From assembly GCA_945869855.1 (NCBI GenBank), contig CAMBQC010000001.1, forward strand, positions 4,849-68,848: a DNA stretch of 64,000 nucleotides, given 5' to 3'. A model generated the notes under the pieces. The model searched no databases. It had not been told where the DNA came from and worked only from the letters and a program-made list of their open reading frames with translations. Positions 37,740 to 47,787 of the stretch are shown piece by piece; the first letter of the stretch is position 1, and every line of letters begins with the position of its first letter. The translations under genes and the position numbers were made by a program. This stretch comes from Prosthecobacter debontii. GTDB taxonomy: Bacteria > Verrucomicrobiota > Verrucomicrobiia > Verrucomicrobiales > Akkermansiaceae.

Positions 37740-38340
37740 TTCCAAGCTCCTCCTCTTCCTCACCCTCCCGCTCTACATCCTCGATCAGATCACGAAGGCG
37801 TGGACGGTGTCGCATTTTGCCGAGCCGCCGAAGGGTGGCTTCAGCTCCCATGACGTGCCATGGATGATCATCCCGGACTGGCTCCACTGGATCCGCGTCC
37901 ACAACCAGGGCGTGGCCTTCGGACTCGGCAACGGCACCGCCTGGGCGCCCATCGTGTTCCTGTGCGTCCCCGTGATCGCCCTCGTCCTGATCCGGGTGTT
38001 CTGGAAAAAGGGAGTCTTCGATCACGTTCTTTCAAAATTCGCCGTCGCCTTGCTGCTGTGCGGGATTTTCGGAAATCTAACAGATCGTTTGGTGCAGGGA
38101 TTCCTCCTCGAACACTCCAAGGATGCCTCCTTCTGGGAGCGGCTATCGCAGGGATACGTGGTCGATTTCGTCTCCGTGCGCCTGCCCTACTACGAGAAGA
38201 TTTCGCCCGCGAGCCACGGCTGGTGGCCGACTTTTAATGTGGCGGACTCCTGCATCTGCATCGCCGCCGTGCTGCTTTTCATCGGCGGCATCTACGACGA
38301 GAAAGCCAAGGCGAAAGCTGCGAAGATGGAGCCAGCCTAG
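37726..38340 (+). CDS. lspA: lipoprotein signal peptidase II
   Basis: DQITK, NQGVAFG, GNLTDR, VVDF, FNVADSCI. Confidence 0.93.
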   Translation: MKLEFSKLLLFLTLPLYILDQITKAWTVSHFAEPPKGGFSSHDVPWMIIPDWLHWIRVHNQGVAFGLGNGTAWAPIVFLCVPVIALVLIRVFWKKGVFDHVLSKFAVALLLCGIFGNLTDRLVQGFLLEHSKDASFWERLSQGYVVDFVSVRLPYYEKISPASHGWWPTFNVADSCICIAAVLLFIGGIYDEKAKAKAAKMEPA

Positions 38341-38409
38341 CGCTTGCGAAACGCGTTATCCGAATTCGGGCTACTACACCAGTCAGGGGAGGTGAGAGCC
38401 CGCCGGATC

Positions 38410-39414
38410 CTAGAGGGTGGCCATGGCTTCCTCGATGCGCGGATTGATCTTGTGCTCCACGGTTTCCACAGCGACACGGATCGCGTTCTGGACGGCGAGT
38501 CCGGTCGATGAGCCGTGGGCGATGATGACCACGCCGTTCACACCGAGCAGAGGGCTGCCGCCATAGGTCTCGTAGCTGCTTTTTGCCTTGAGTGCTTTGA
38601 AGGCCCCTTGGGCGAGCAGCGCGCCGGCCATGCGGAGGGGGGTTTCCTTGATCTCCGTCTTGAGCCATTTCGACACCGCCTTCGCAGTGGCCTCGACGCT
38701 CTTGAGGACGATGTTTCCGACAAAACCGTCGCACAGCACAATGTCGAGCTGTGTTTCGAAAAGGTCGTGCCCCTCGACGTTGCCGATGAAATGGATGCCC
38801 GGAGTGGCCTTCAGTAGCTTGAAGGTTTCCTTGGTGAACGCGGTGCCCTTTTCATCCTCCTCGCCGTTCGACATGAGTCCGACTTTGGGGTTTTTCACCC
38901 CGAGAACGTATCTCGCATAGGCGGTGCCCATGACCGCGTAGGCGACGAGATGTTCCGGCTTGGATTCTGGGTTCGCGCCGGCGTCGAGGATGTTGCAGAT
39001 GCCGTGCTCATTGGGCAGCGGCGAGGCGATCCCGGCGCGGTCAACGCCTTTGAGGCAGCGCAGCTTGAGCGTCGCGGCAGCCACGGCGGCGCCGGTATTA
39101 CCCGCCGAGACGAAGGCATCCGCCTGCCCGTCCTTGACGAGATCCATGGCGACGCTGATCGAGGAGAGTTTCTTGCGGCGGACGGATTTTGCACCCGGCT
39201 CGGCCATGCCGACCACCTCCGGGGCATGCACGATGCTCACGCGCCGGTCGGTGAGATTCAGGCCGTGGGCCGCAGCCTCCCTGCGAAGGATCGCCTCGTC
39301 GCCTACCAGAAACAGATGGCTGAGCTTTGGGTAGTTCCGCAGGGCTTCTATAGCTCCGGCGATGTTGATCAGTGGGGCGTTGTCGCCGCCCATGGCATCA
39401 AGTGCTACCTTCAT
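38410..39414 (-). CDS. plsX: phosphate acyltransferase
   Basis: ALDAMGGDNAP, SAGNTGA, LDAGAN, NGEEDEKG, DGFVGN, HGSS. Confidence 0.96.
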   Translation of the reverse strand: MKVALDAMGGDNAPLINIAGAIEALRNYPKLSHLFLVGDEAILRREAAAHGLNLTDRRVSIVHAPEVVGMAEPGAKSVRRKKLSSISVAMDLVKDGQADAFVSAGNTGAAVAAATLKLRCLKGVDRAGIASPLPNEHGICNILDAGANPESKPEHLVAYAVMGTAYARYVLGVKNPKVGLMSNGEEDEKGTAFTKETFKLLKATPGIHFIGNVEGHDLFETQLDIVLCDGFVGNIVLKSVEATAKAVSKWLKTEIKETPLRMAGALLAQGAFKALKAKSSYETYGGSPLLGVNGVVIIAHGSSTGLAVQNAIRVAVETVEHKINPRIEEAMATL

Positions 39415-39521
39415 TTCGATTCGAAAGTGGATTCTGAGGTGGTTTGAATTCGGGGTACGAAAGAAGAACCCACACCAGCTGTCCGGCGGGGGTTCTCACG
39501 TGAGTTTCCGCGGAATCCGGA

Positions 39522-39704
39522 TCAGAACGCCTCCACCTCGAGGACTTTGCGTCCGCGGTAGGTGCCGCATGACGGGCATGCGATGTGGGAGGGGATGGTT
39601 GCCCCGCAATCGGAGCAAGCGCTGAAGATCGGTGCTTTCCAGCGGTTCGCACCGCGGCGCATTTTTGCGCGGCTTTTGGATTGACGGCGTTTTGGTACGG
39701 CCAT
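39522..39704 (-). CDS. rpmF: 50S ribosomal protein L32
   Basis: MAVPKRRQSKSR; CxxC..HxxCxxCG.YRGR. Confidence 0.96.
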   Translation of the reverse strand: MAVPKRRQSKSRAKMRRGANRWKAPIFSACSDCGATIPSHIACPSCGTYRGRKVLEVEAF

Positions 39705-39713
39705 GGTCGTGTT

Positions 39714-40220
39714 CTATTTAGGTTGATCGTTGAGACCCGTGAGATCGTTGAGGGCAGACCAGCGGTCGTCGCCCCCGTCGCGGGGCGGAGGACTTACTTC
39801 ATCTTCGGGGGGCTTGTCCACCGCTAAATATCGCGGATCGATTTCACAGGGTTCGGGGACGTCGCCCTCGTCGCAGCGGGGGGCGGTGGGAAACTCGATG
39901 AGAATCTCCTCGCGGAGGCCGTCGGTCACGTCCAGGCCGGAAGCGTTGCCGATTTCCACGGAAACGGCGACCTGATCGAGGCGGATCGTTTTCACGAAGG
40001 GATTCAGGGTGATGACGCAGGTGAACTCGAAGGGGGCGGACAGGGTGCCGGTGAGCAAAAGCTCGGTTTCGAAGCGCTGCGCCCAGAGATCGTAGGTCAG
40101 CGGGCCGACGGCGCGCGCGTCGCCCTCTGGGAGGCCGAAAATGCTTCCGTCCAGCTCGCCGGAGAAAGACTTGCCCTCCTCGGGGAGGGAGGGGAGATCG
40201 ATGATGAGGGAGGTTTGCAT
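39714..40220 (-). CDS. yceD: YceD/DUF177 family protein
   Basis: Located upstream of rpmF; LREEILIEFP and C-terminal DDRWSALNDL. Confidence 0.85.
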   Translation of the reverse strand: MQTSLIIDLPSLPEEGKSFSGELDGSIFGLPEGDARAVGPLTYDLWAQRFETELLLTGTLSAPFEFTCVITLNPFVKTIRLDQVAVSVEIGNASGLDVTDGLREEILIEFPTAPRCDEGDVPEPCEIDPRYLAVDKPPEDEVSPPPRDGGDDRWSALNDLTGLNDQPK

Positions 40221-40291
40221 GGGGCTGAGGCTAAATTTCAAATTTCAAAACTCAACCTTCAAGAAAGAGGGTGCAAGAAAGGCCGCAAAAT

Positions 40292-40341
40292 GTGGCTGGG
40301 ATTTGCAGTCCCAGTCTGTCGTAGGGACATCCTGTCCCTAC
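40292..40341. repeat. double-hairpin REP (family D core, inverted)
   Basis: GTGGCTGGGATTTGCAGTCCCAGTC plus GTAGGGACATCCTGTCCCTAC. Confidence 0.6.
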
Positions 40342-40356
40342 ATCTTCTTCAAGAAC

Positions 40357-41883
40357 TCACTCTGCCCTGGAAAGGCGGTTCAGGCCGCGCTGGAGGAGGG
40401 CGCTATCCGCGGCGGTGGAGATGTTTTCGTCTAGGTAAATGGTGAAGTCCTCCTCCATGAACTCGATGGAGTGCAGATTGTTTTCGTCCGCCTTTTCGAA
40501 GGCCGCGATGAGGTTTTTCATGCTGGCGATCTCCGCGCCGTTGACCTTTTTGACGATGAGGTGGCGCAGGCGCTCGTAGCCGACGGTGGCGGGCGTGGGG
40601 ATGGCTCCGCTGAGGAAAATGACGCGCTCGGCCTTGTCCTCGAATTTTTCGGGGTTCTCATAGGCGTCGAGCAGGTTGAGGGGCGCGCGGGTGGACCAAT
40701 CCTCGCCGAATGCCTCGAGCACGGGGCGGGTGAGTTCCTGGAAAATGAAGCCGCCTTTCACAAAGAAGTTCGGCGCACGGTCGAACTGGTAACTGGGCAC
40801 GAGCCGATCCATCGGCTCCTCGCGGGTGAGGGTCACGGTAATTTCCATCGGCTCGCCGTCGCGTAGGATCTCGAGAACGATCTCCTCGCCGGTGGATTTC
40901 TCGCCGCGCACGATGTGGCTCCAGAACAGCGAGCCGTAATGTGGGTGAACGTAGTAGCCGCGGTTATCGATGGCGTGGCCCGCTGCTCTGAGAAGCACGT
41001 CCCCGACCTTCACGCCGCCCAAGTCCGCCGCGCCGCCCTTGCGGACTTTGCCGATGTAGAGGCCGCCCTGCTCGGGCTGGAGCTTGAGAAATTTCCGGAA
41101 CGACGGATCCTCGGTTCGTGAGGCAGTGACGCCCAGCGAGGGGAAGCCCTTGTATTCCCCGTTCTGCGCGTTGGCGAGGAACCGCGAGATTACGTCCACG
41201 GAGAGCACATCGGAGATCTGGTCTTTCGAGTCGTAGCTCATCAGGATGCCGGAGAGCGCGCTGTTGCGGATCACCGGCAGGCTGAAGCTGCTCGCCGCGC
41301 TCTGCATGGACGCCTTCACCATATAGGTCAGGAAACTTTGGCCCGGCAGAAAACTCTCAGACACATCCACAGATTGCAGCGAGCCATTGGTCATCAGAGT
41401 GGTGCCGTTGTCCTCCACCTGAAAAATGCCGAGCGCATCACCGATCACAGGCGGTACCGCGAGAGCGAGCGGTTGGGTACCCTTGAAAAATGCGTCGCGT
41501 GCGTCATCGGATTTTACGGTGAGCAGGGCGAGGTTCGCCTCATAATCCACCACCAGGATTTTCGCTTGCGCCGTTCGCGAACCGTCTGTCGATTCCAGCT
41601 CAAGGTAAGTGGAGTTGGCTACCATTTCCCCAGTGGTCAGCACCTGCCCTGGCGCGACGATGGCTCCCAGCGAGCGGAGATTGCCCGGAGGGGTCTTTTC
41701 CCATGGCTGCCCGGGGTTCCAGGATTGGCTGGTTGAGTTGATACGCATCACGGATTTCGTGAGGTCCACGGTCACCTCCTCTTCAGCAGCGATGGCCGGC
41801 TCCGAAGCATCCTTCAGGAGCGGTGTTTTTTGTTCGCAGGAAAATAGCGCGAGGCAGAGGGAAAAGGGAATGAGTCGTTTCAT
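40357..41883 (-). CDS. lipoprotein with a degenerate trypsin-like domain and PDZ domains (Deg2-like pseudo-protease)
   Basis: Lipobox LFSC; PWEK, VLTTGEMV (His position), ANLALL, SSFSLPV (GNSGGP position); YKGFPSLG and GGFIFQELT PDZ regions. Confidence 0.75.
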   Translation of the reverse strand: MKRLIPFSLCLALFSCEQKTPLLKDASEPAIAAEEEVTVDLTKSVMRINSTSQSWNPGQPWEKTPPGNLRSLGAIVAPGQVLTTGEMVANSTYLELESTDGSRTAQAKILVVDYEANLALLTVKSDDARDAFFKGTQPLALAVPPVIGDALGIFQVEDNGTTLMTNGSLQSVDVSESFLPGQSFLTYMVKASMQSAASSFSLPVIRNSALSGILMSYDSKDQISDVLSVDVISRFLANAQNGEYKGFPSLGVTASRTEDPSFRKFLKLQPEQGGLYIGKVRKGGAADLGGVKVGDVLLRAAGHAIDNRGYYVHPHYGSLFWSHIVRGEKSTGEEIVLEILRDGEPMEITVTLTREEPMDRLVPSYQFDRAPNFFVKGGFIFQELTRPVLEAFGEDWSTRAPLNLLDAYENPEKFEDKAERVIFLSGAIPTPATVGYERLRHLIVKKVNGAEIASMKNLIAAFEKADENNLHSIEFMEEDFTIYLDENISTAADSALLQRGLNRLSRAE

Positions 41884-41900
41884 AGACAGGGGAACGGAAA

Positions 41901-42638
41901 TCATTTCAGGCCGAGCACGTCTTGCATGTCGTAGAGGCCGGGCGGTTTGTCCGCAAGCCAGAGCGCGGCGCGGACGGCTCCGGACGCGAAGGTCATGCGG
42001 GAGGAGGCCTTGTGGGTGAGTTCCACGCGCTCGCCATCGGCCGCGAACATCACCGTATGGTCGCCGACGACATCGCCGCCGCGCAGCGTGTGCATACCGA
42101 TCTCGCGCGGTTTGCGCGGTCCGATGTTTCCGAAACGCCCGTGGGCGACGTCATCCGCATAGGACGTGCCGGTTTCGTCGTTGAGGATTTCCAAAAGCCG
42201 CCGCGCCGTGCCGGAGGGTGCGTCGATCTTGTGGCGGTGGTGCATTTCCGTGACCTCAATGTCGAAGGTGTCCTGCTTGAGGATGCGGGCCGCTTGTTGC
42301 GTGAGCCAGAAAAGAGTGTTCACGCCAACGGAAAAGTTCGGCGCGTGGACGATGGGGATTTCCCGCGAGGCCGCACGTATGATCTCCAGCTCGGCGTCAG
42401 TGTGGCCGGTGGTGCCCATCACGATTGGCACCCGCTGCCTCAGCGCCGCCTCCACAAGGGTCGTGGAAAAGGAATGCACCGTGAAATCGATCACGCACTT
42501 CGCGGCCTGTAGCACAGCATCGAGATCCTCGCCCGCATCGTGCGTCGCGGCGATGACGGTGTCCGGGTTCGCCACGGTGGCCTCGGCGACAGCCAAGCCC
42601 ATACGGCCGGACTTTCCTGTAATGAGAATGGGAAGCAT
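41901..42638 (-). CDS. dapB: 4-hydroxy-tetrahydrodipicolinate reductase
   Basis: GKSGRMG, GTTG, APNFSVG, EMHHRHKIDAPSGTA. Confidence 0.96.
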   Translation of the reverse strand: MLPILITGKSGRMGLAVAEATVANPDTVIAATHDAGEDLDAVLQAAKCVIDFTVHSFSTTLVEAALRQRVPIVMGTTGHTDAELEIIRAASREIPIVHAPNFSVGVNTLFWLTQQAARILKQDTFDIEVTEMHHRHKIDAPSGTARRLLEILNDETGTSYADDVAHGRFGNIGPRKPREIGMHTLRGGDVVGDHTVMFAADGERVELTHKASSRMTFASGAVRAALWLADKPPGLYDMQDVLGLK

Positions 42639-42684
42639 GCGGGCGGATGTTGGGGTCGCGTTACGGAAATGGAAATGGGATTTT

Positions 42685-45129
42685 TCACTTCAGGAAAACC
42701 TCGCGCGGCTTCGCTCCATCGCCGGGGCCGACGACGCCGCGCTGCTCGAGGATATCGACCATGCGCGCGGCGCGGGTGTAGCCGAGGCGGAGGCGGCGCT
42801 GGAGCAGGGAGGTGCTGCATTTCTGCTCCTGGCGGGCGACCTCGATGCATTTGATGATGAGTTCCTCGTCGGCCTCGGAGACCTCGTCGGCCTCGTCATC
42901 GCCGGCGGCGTCGATCGTTTCGCGGATGTCCCTTTCGTAGTTCGGTTTCGCTTGTTTGGCGCAATGGGCGACGATGCGCTCGACCTCCTCGTCAGAAACG
43001 AAAGCGCCCTGCGCGCGCTCGAGTTTCGCGGAGCCGGGCGGCAGGTAGAGCATGTCGCCCTTGCCTACGAGCTTGTCGGCGCCCTTGGTGTCGAGGATGA
43101 CGCGGGAATCGAGCGCGGAGGAAACCTGGAAGGCGATGCGGCTGGGGATGTTCGCCTTGATGATGCCGGTGACCACATCGGCGCGCGGCGTCTGGGTGGC
43201 GATGATGAGATGGATGCCGGCCGCGCGGGCTTTCTGCGCAATGCGGGCGATGCACATTTCCACATCCGCCGGAGCGGTCTGCATGAGGTCGGCGAGCTCG
43301 TCGATCAGCACGACGATGTAGGGGAAACGGTCGGGGATTTCATCCTCTTCGATCTCCAGTTCCTCGAAATCCGCCTCGGGGCCGAGGTCGCCGTCTTCCA
43401 GCGCAGCGGCGATGGCTTCGATCTCGTCGAGATTTACCTCCGGCTCGTTCGCCTCGGGGATCACGGCGGCGGCTTCCTTTTCCGCGCGCGGGCGGTTGTT
43501 GAAACCGTCGAAGTTTCGCACGCCCTCCTTGGCGAAGATCTTGTAGCGTTTCTCCATCTCGTTGACCACCCACTTGAGGGCGGCGACGGTCTTTTTCGGA
43601 TCGGTCACGACTGGCACGACCATGTGCGGGAGCTTGTTATACATCTGCATCTCCACGACCTTGGGATCGACCATGATGAAACGCAGCTCGTCGGGGCCGA
43701 ACTTGAAGAGGATGGAGGCGATGATCGAGTTGATGCAAACGGATTTCCCGGAGCCCGTGGCGCCCGCGACGAGGAGGTGGGGCATGGCGGCGAGATCGCC
43801 GATGACCGTCTTCCCATAAACGTCCTTGCCGAGGGCGAGCGGGATTTTCTTTTTCGCGGAGCGGAACTCGGGGTCGTGCAGAAGCTCGTGGAGCGGCACA
43901 GCGACCTTGCTGGAGTTCGCGATCTCGATGCCGACGGTGTCCTTGCCGGGGATGGGGGCGAGGATATTGATGCGCTCGGCGCAGGTGGCGCGGGCGATGT
44001 CCGCCTCAAGCTGCGAGATGCGGGAAACACGCAGGCCGGTGGACGGATAAATCTCGTAGCGCGTGATCGTCGGGCCGCGGGTGATATCGCCGGGCGTGAC
44101 ATCGATGCCGAAGGCTTTCAGGGTCTCGATGATCGTGGTCTGGATCTCGAGCAGCTCAGCGTGATTTGCGGCCTCGGCCTCGACCTCCACGTCATCTAAC
44201 AGATCAAATCCGGGCAGTTCGTAGTCCTGGAAACCGGAGATGGAAAGCGACTGGTGGGAGGGCTTCTTTCGCTCGAAGGGCTTCGCGCCGGGTTCCATCA
44301 CACCGGAGGCGCGGCGCTGGGAGGAATCGATAATCTGCGGGAGCGGGGTTTCGCGGATCGCGAGTTCCTTCTGTCCGGGCTCGTCGGTTTCGGCGCTTTT
44401 CAGGCGGGCTATCTCACGCTCGATCTTGCGTTGCTCACGCTGGCGTTCGCGCTCGCTGAGGAGTTCCTTTTCCCGCGTCGCCGCGCGTCCGGCTTCGGTG
44501 CGGCTTTGTTTCCATGCGTCGATTTTCATTTTCAGCAGGCGATGGCAGCCTTTCGCGAAATCGGCGGGTGTTTGCCCGGCGAGCCAGATCATGCCGAGGA
44601 GGTAGGCGGTAGCGGCGAGCGCCATGGTGCCCGGTTTCCCGATCAACAGCATGAGTAGGGAGTCACCAAGCGCCTGGCCAATGACCCCGCCGGGCCGGCC
44701 TTCCAAATTGCAGCGTTTCACCCAATCCATGAAAAGCATACCCGCGGCGTGGAGGAACACCGCCCCGGCGACGAGCGCCACCGCGTGCCCGAGCGCCATC
44801 CGCGGCCACAATCGTCCTTTGAAGGCGAGTTTCATCAGGCCGAACCAGATGAAGCCGATCGAGAGCATCCAGCCCGCCGCACCGAATATCAGGATCTGCG
44901 TGAAGGCGAGGATGCCGCCCACCGGCCCGAGCCAGTTGTCCCCGCGCGCTTCGCTGTCATCCGCGAACAGCCCGAACATCCGCCAATCCGGCAGATCCGC
45001 CGGGCTGTAGGAAAGCAACGACAACAGCAGGATCAGCCCACCCGCCATCCAGCTCACCCCGGCGATCTCGGTGGACCATTTCTTAGGCTCCTCCACCTGG
45101 CCGCGCTTTTTGTTGACTCGGGTTCCCAT
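42685..45129 (-). CDS. ftsK: DNA translocase
   Basis: N-terminal TMs, MPHLLVAGATGSGKS, DELADLM, ARAAGIH, gamma domain LQRRLRLGYTRAAR. Confidence 0.96.
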   Translation of the reverse strand: MGTRVNKKRGQVEEPKKWSTEIAGVSWMAGGLILLLSLLSYSPADLPDWRMFGLFADDSEARGDNWLGPVGGILAFTQILIFGAAGWMLSIGFIWFGLMKLAFKGRLWPRMALGHAVALVAGAVFLHAAGMLFMDWVKRCNLEGRPGGVIGQALGDSLLMLLIGKPGTMALAATAYLLGMIWLAGQTPADFAKGCHRLLKMKIDAWKQSRTEAGRAATREKELLSERERQREQRKIEREIARLKSAETDEPGQKELAIRETPLPQIIDSSQRRASGVMEPGAKPFERKKPSHQSLSISGFQDYELPGFDLLDDVEVEAEAANHAELLEIQTTIIETLKAFGIDVTPGDITRGPTITRYEIYPSTGLRVSRISQLEADIARATCAERINILAPIPGKDTVGIEIANSSKVAVPLHELLHDPEFRSAKKKIPLALGKDVYGKTVIGDLAAMPHLLVAGATGSGKSVCINSIIASILFKFGPDELRFIMVDPKVVEMQMYNKLPHMVVPVVTDPKKTVAALKWVVNEMEKRYKIFAKEGVRNFDGFNNRPRAEKEAAAVIPEANEPEVNLDEIEAIAAALEDGDLGPEADFEELEIEEDEIPDRFPYIVVLIDELADLMQTAPADVEMCIARIAQKARAAGIHLIIATQTPRADVVTGIIKANIPSRIAFQVSSALDSRVILDTKGADKLVGKGDMLYLPPGSAKLERAQGAFVSDEEVERIVAHCAKQAKPNYERDIRETIDAAGDDEADEVSEADEELIIKCIEVARQEQKCSTSLLQRRLRLGYTRAARMVDILEQRGVVGPGDGAKPREVFLK

Positions 45130-45245
45130 CGTTACTCGACGCCGAAATCATCCCTCCACGATCTTAAAGGCGCAAGGTTGTTTTATGAGGCGGGAAATTC
45201 AAGAAGCGTGAAAGAATTTTGCCGTGCATGGCCATGGGTTAAAGG

Positions 45246-45947
45246 TCAGCCCTCCTCCACCATCTCGCGCTCGAACCTGCTCTTGTGGCGGAGGTCTTTC
45301 GCGTGCTCGAGGTAAACGGCGTCCTCGCCAATGTTGGCGGCGAGGTCACCGACGCGCTCGAGCGACCGGACGATGAAAATGAGGTGGAGGTATTCTTGAC
45401 AGCGGCCCTGAGTTTCCTCGATGCGGGAGGCGAAGTGGGCGGTGGTCTGCTTGTGCATTTTGTCCAGCTCCTTGTCGCGGGTGTGCAGGGAAGCTCCGAG
45501 CGGGCCGTTGCCGTCGCTATATGATGAGATGGCATCGCGTAGGAGGTGATCGGCGAGGGTGTAGAGAGGTTCGATGAGATTCACCTCGCTGAGCTCCGGT
45601 GAGTTGGAAATTTTCTTGGCACGCTTGGCGATGTTCACCGCGTGATCGGACATGCGCTCAAGGTTCATGGAAATTTTCATCGAGGAAACGACGAGCCGCA
45701 GATCCGTAGCCATGGGGTGGTATTTAACCAAGATATCCATACCTAGCTGGTCGATGATACGCTCCGCCTCATCGACCTCGTCGTCGTCGGCGATGACAGA
45801 GTTGGCGAGTTCCACGTTGCGCTCCATGAGGGCGCGGATGGCGCGCTCGAGGTTCAGGCGGGTACGGGCGGCCATGGCGAGAACCTCCCCTTTCAGCGAA
45901 GAAATGGCCTGATCGAAATCCCGAAGGATATGAGGAGAGCTAATCAT
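45246..45947 (-). CDS. phoU: phosphate signalling protein PhoU
   Basis: DDDEVDEAE, PMATDLR, LERMSDHAVNIA, LERVGDLAANIGE. Confidence 0.94.
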   Translation of the reverse strand: MISSPHILRDFDQAISSLKGEVLAMAARTRLNLERAIRALMERNVELANSVIADDDEVDEAERIIDQLGMDILVKYHPMATDLRLVVSSMKISMNLERMSDHAVNIAKRAKKISNSPELSEVNLIEPLYTLADHLLRDAISSYSDGNGPLGASLHTRDKELDKMHKQTTAHFASRIEETQGRCQEYLHLIFIVRSLERVGDLAANIGEDAVYLEHAKDLRHKSRFEREMVEEG

Positions 45948-45957
45948 TTTTTAGATT

Positions 45958-46080
45958 CAAGACGTCAAGACGCAAGACACAAGACCTCAAGACACAAGAC
46001 AGGAGGACGTGAGAAACGGGGTAGCAGATGCATTGCCATACTCTTTATCTTGTGTCTTATGTCTCATAATCTTCTGTCTT
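45958..46080. repeat. inverted CAAGAC(A) heptamer arrays
   Basis: Six CAAGACN units facing TCTTGTG TCTTATG ... TCTTCTG TCTT. Confidence 0.75.
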
Positions 46081-46854
46081 TCAGCCGAAACGCCCGGTGA
46101 TGTATTGCTCCGTCTGCGGTATAGACGGATTGGAGAAGATCTTTGAAGTCCTGCCGTATTCTATCAGCTCCCCGAGATAAAAGAAAGCAGTCTTGTCGGA
46201 AACCCGCGTCGCCTGCTGCATGTTGTGGGTGACAATGACGATGGTGTATTCGCGCTTGAGGTCGTGGATGAGTTCCTCGACGCGGGCGGTGGCGATGGGA
46301 TCTAGGGCGGAGCAGGGCTCGTCCATGAGTATGATCGAGGGATCGACGGCAGTGGTGCGGGCGATGCAAAGCCGCTGCTGCTGCCCGCCGGAAAGGCCGT
46401 AGGCGCTCTCGTTGAGGCGGTCTTTCACCTCGTCCCATAGGGCAGCACCGCGCAGGGCTTTCTCCACAATGCCATCTAGCGTGCCCTTGTTTTTCTCGCC
46501 GAGGATGCGCGGGCCGTAGGCGACGTTTTCATAGATTGAGCGGGGGAAAGGGTTGGATTTCTGGAACACCATACCGACGCGGCGGCGCAGCTCGACGCCA
46601 TCGACCTCCTTATCGTGGATCTCAACGCTGTTGATGAGGATCTCGCCCTTAGTGACCTTTGCGCCGGGGATGAAATCGTTCATGCGGTTGAAGCAGCGGA
46701 GCAGGGTGGATTTGCCGCAGCCCGAGGGGCCGATGAACGCAGTGACTTCGTTGCGCGCGATGTCCATGGACACGTTCTTGATCGCGCGGGATTTCCCGTA
46801 GGAGAAATCGACGTCGCGCACCTCGATGGCGGGGGATGGAGCTTTGTTTTCCAT
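46081..46854 (-). CDS. pstB: phosphate ABC transporter ATP-binding protein
   Basis: [45 protein letters not shown]. Confidence 0.95.
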   Translation of the reverse strand: MENKAPSPAIEVRDVDFSYGKSRAIKNVSMDIARNEVTAFIGPSGCGKSTLLRCFNRMNDFIPGAKVTKGEILINSVEIHDKEVDGVELRRRVGMVFQKSNPFPRSIYENVAYGPRILGEKNKGTLDGIVEKALRGAALWDEVKDRLNESAYGLSGGQQQRLCIARTTAVDPSIILMDEPCSALDPIATARVEELIHDLKREYTIVIVTHNMQQATRVSDKTAFFYLGELIEYGRTSKIFSNPSIPQTEQYITGRFG

Positions 46855-46856
46855 TT

Positions 46857-47642
46857 CTAGCTGAACCTTCCGGTGATGTAGGACTCGGTCTGCTCCTCTT
46901 TCGGGTTCTCAAAAACCTGGACGGTTTTCCCGTATTCGATGAGCTTGCCCATGTAGAGGAATGCGGTGCGATCCGAGCAACGCGTGGCCTGCTCCATGTT
47001 GTGGGTGACGATGACGATGGTGTAGCGGTTTTTGAGAGTCGTGATGAGTTCCTCGATCTTGAGCGTGGCGAGCGGGTCGAGCGCGGCGCAAGGCTCGTCC
47101 ATCAGCAGGATTTCGGGACGGTTCGCGATGGCGCGGGCGATGCAAAGGCGCTGCTGCTGGCCGCCGGAAAGGCCGAAGGCGCTGTCGTGGAGGCGGTCTT
47201 TCACCTCGTCCCAGAGCGCGGCGTCGCGGAGCGAGCGCTCGACGGTTTCATCAAGTTCCTTTTTGCCATTGCGTCCGGCGACGCGGAGGCTGAATACGAC
47301 ATTCTCGTAGATCGACTTCGCGAAGGGGTTGTATTTCTGGAACACCATGCCGACGCGTTTGCGAAGCGAAATGACCTCGACAGAGGGATCGTAGAGGCTG
47401 ACGCCGTCGAGGCGGATATCGCCCTCGTGGCGGACGCCGTCGATGAGGTCGTTCATGCGGTTCATATTCCGCAAGAGGGTGGATTTCCCGCAGCCGGAGG
47501 GGCCGATGAGCGCGGTGATCTCGTTCTCGGGGATCGCCATGTCGATGTCGAAGATCGCCTGCTTCTCACCGTAGTGGAAACTGAAGTCCTCCACCCGGAT
47601 GAAATCGGGGCGGGGTTGTTTCTTTGAAATTTCTGACGACAT
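46857..47642 (-). CDS. pstB: phosphate ABC transporter ATP-binding protein (second paralog)
   Basis: Same PstB motifs; ends YITGRFS. Confidence 0.95.
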   Translation of the reverse strand: MSSEISKKQPRPDFIRVEDFSFHYGEKQAIFDIDMAIPENEITALIGPSGCGKSTLLRNMNRMNDLIDGVRHEGDIRLDGVSLYDPSVEVISLRKRVGMVFQKYNPFAKSIYENVVFSLRVAGRNGKKELDETVERSLRDAALWDEVKDRLHDSAFGLSGGQQQRLCIARAIANRPEILLMDEPCAALDPLATLKIEELITTLKNRYTIVIVTHNMEQATRCSDRTAFLYMGKLIEYGKTVQVFENPKEEQTESYITGRFS

Positions 47643-47689
47643 GTTTTTTAACCGCGAATGAACGCTAATTTTCGCAAATGAAGAGGTTT

Positions 47690-47780
47690 AACCACAGAGA
47701 CACAGAGATCACAGAGGTAAGATTTTTGTGGTTTGAAAGTTCCATGGCACTGGCTCTGTATTCTCTGCGTCTCTGTGGTT
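47690..47780. repeat. ACAGAG-type inverted repeat element, family C copy 3
   Basis: AACCACAGAGACACAGAGATCACAGAG ... CTCTGTATTCTCTGCGTCTCTGTGGTT. Confidence 0.75.
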
Positions 47781-47787
47781 GAAATTC

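Noticed and set aside
42166-44199. 677-aa plus-strand ORF (also 48592-50535, 29891-31003, 35832-36914, 9349-10380)
   Set aside because: Antisense shadows of well-supported genes (ftsK/dapB, pstA/pstC, oxidoreductase, ileS, pdhB), expected from high GC3 codon bias; no recognisable motifs.
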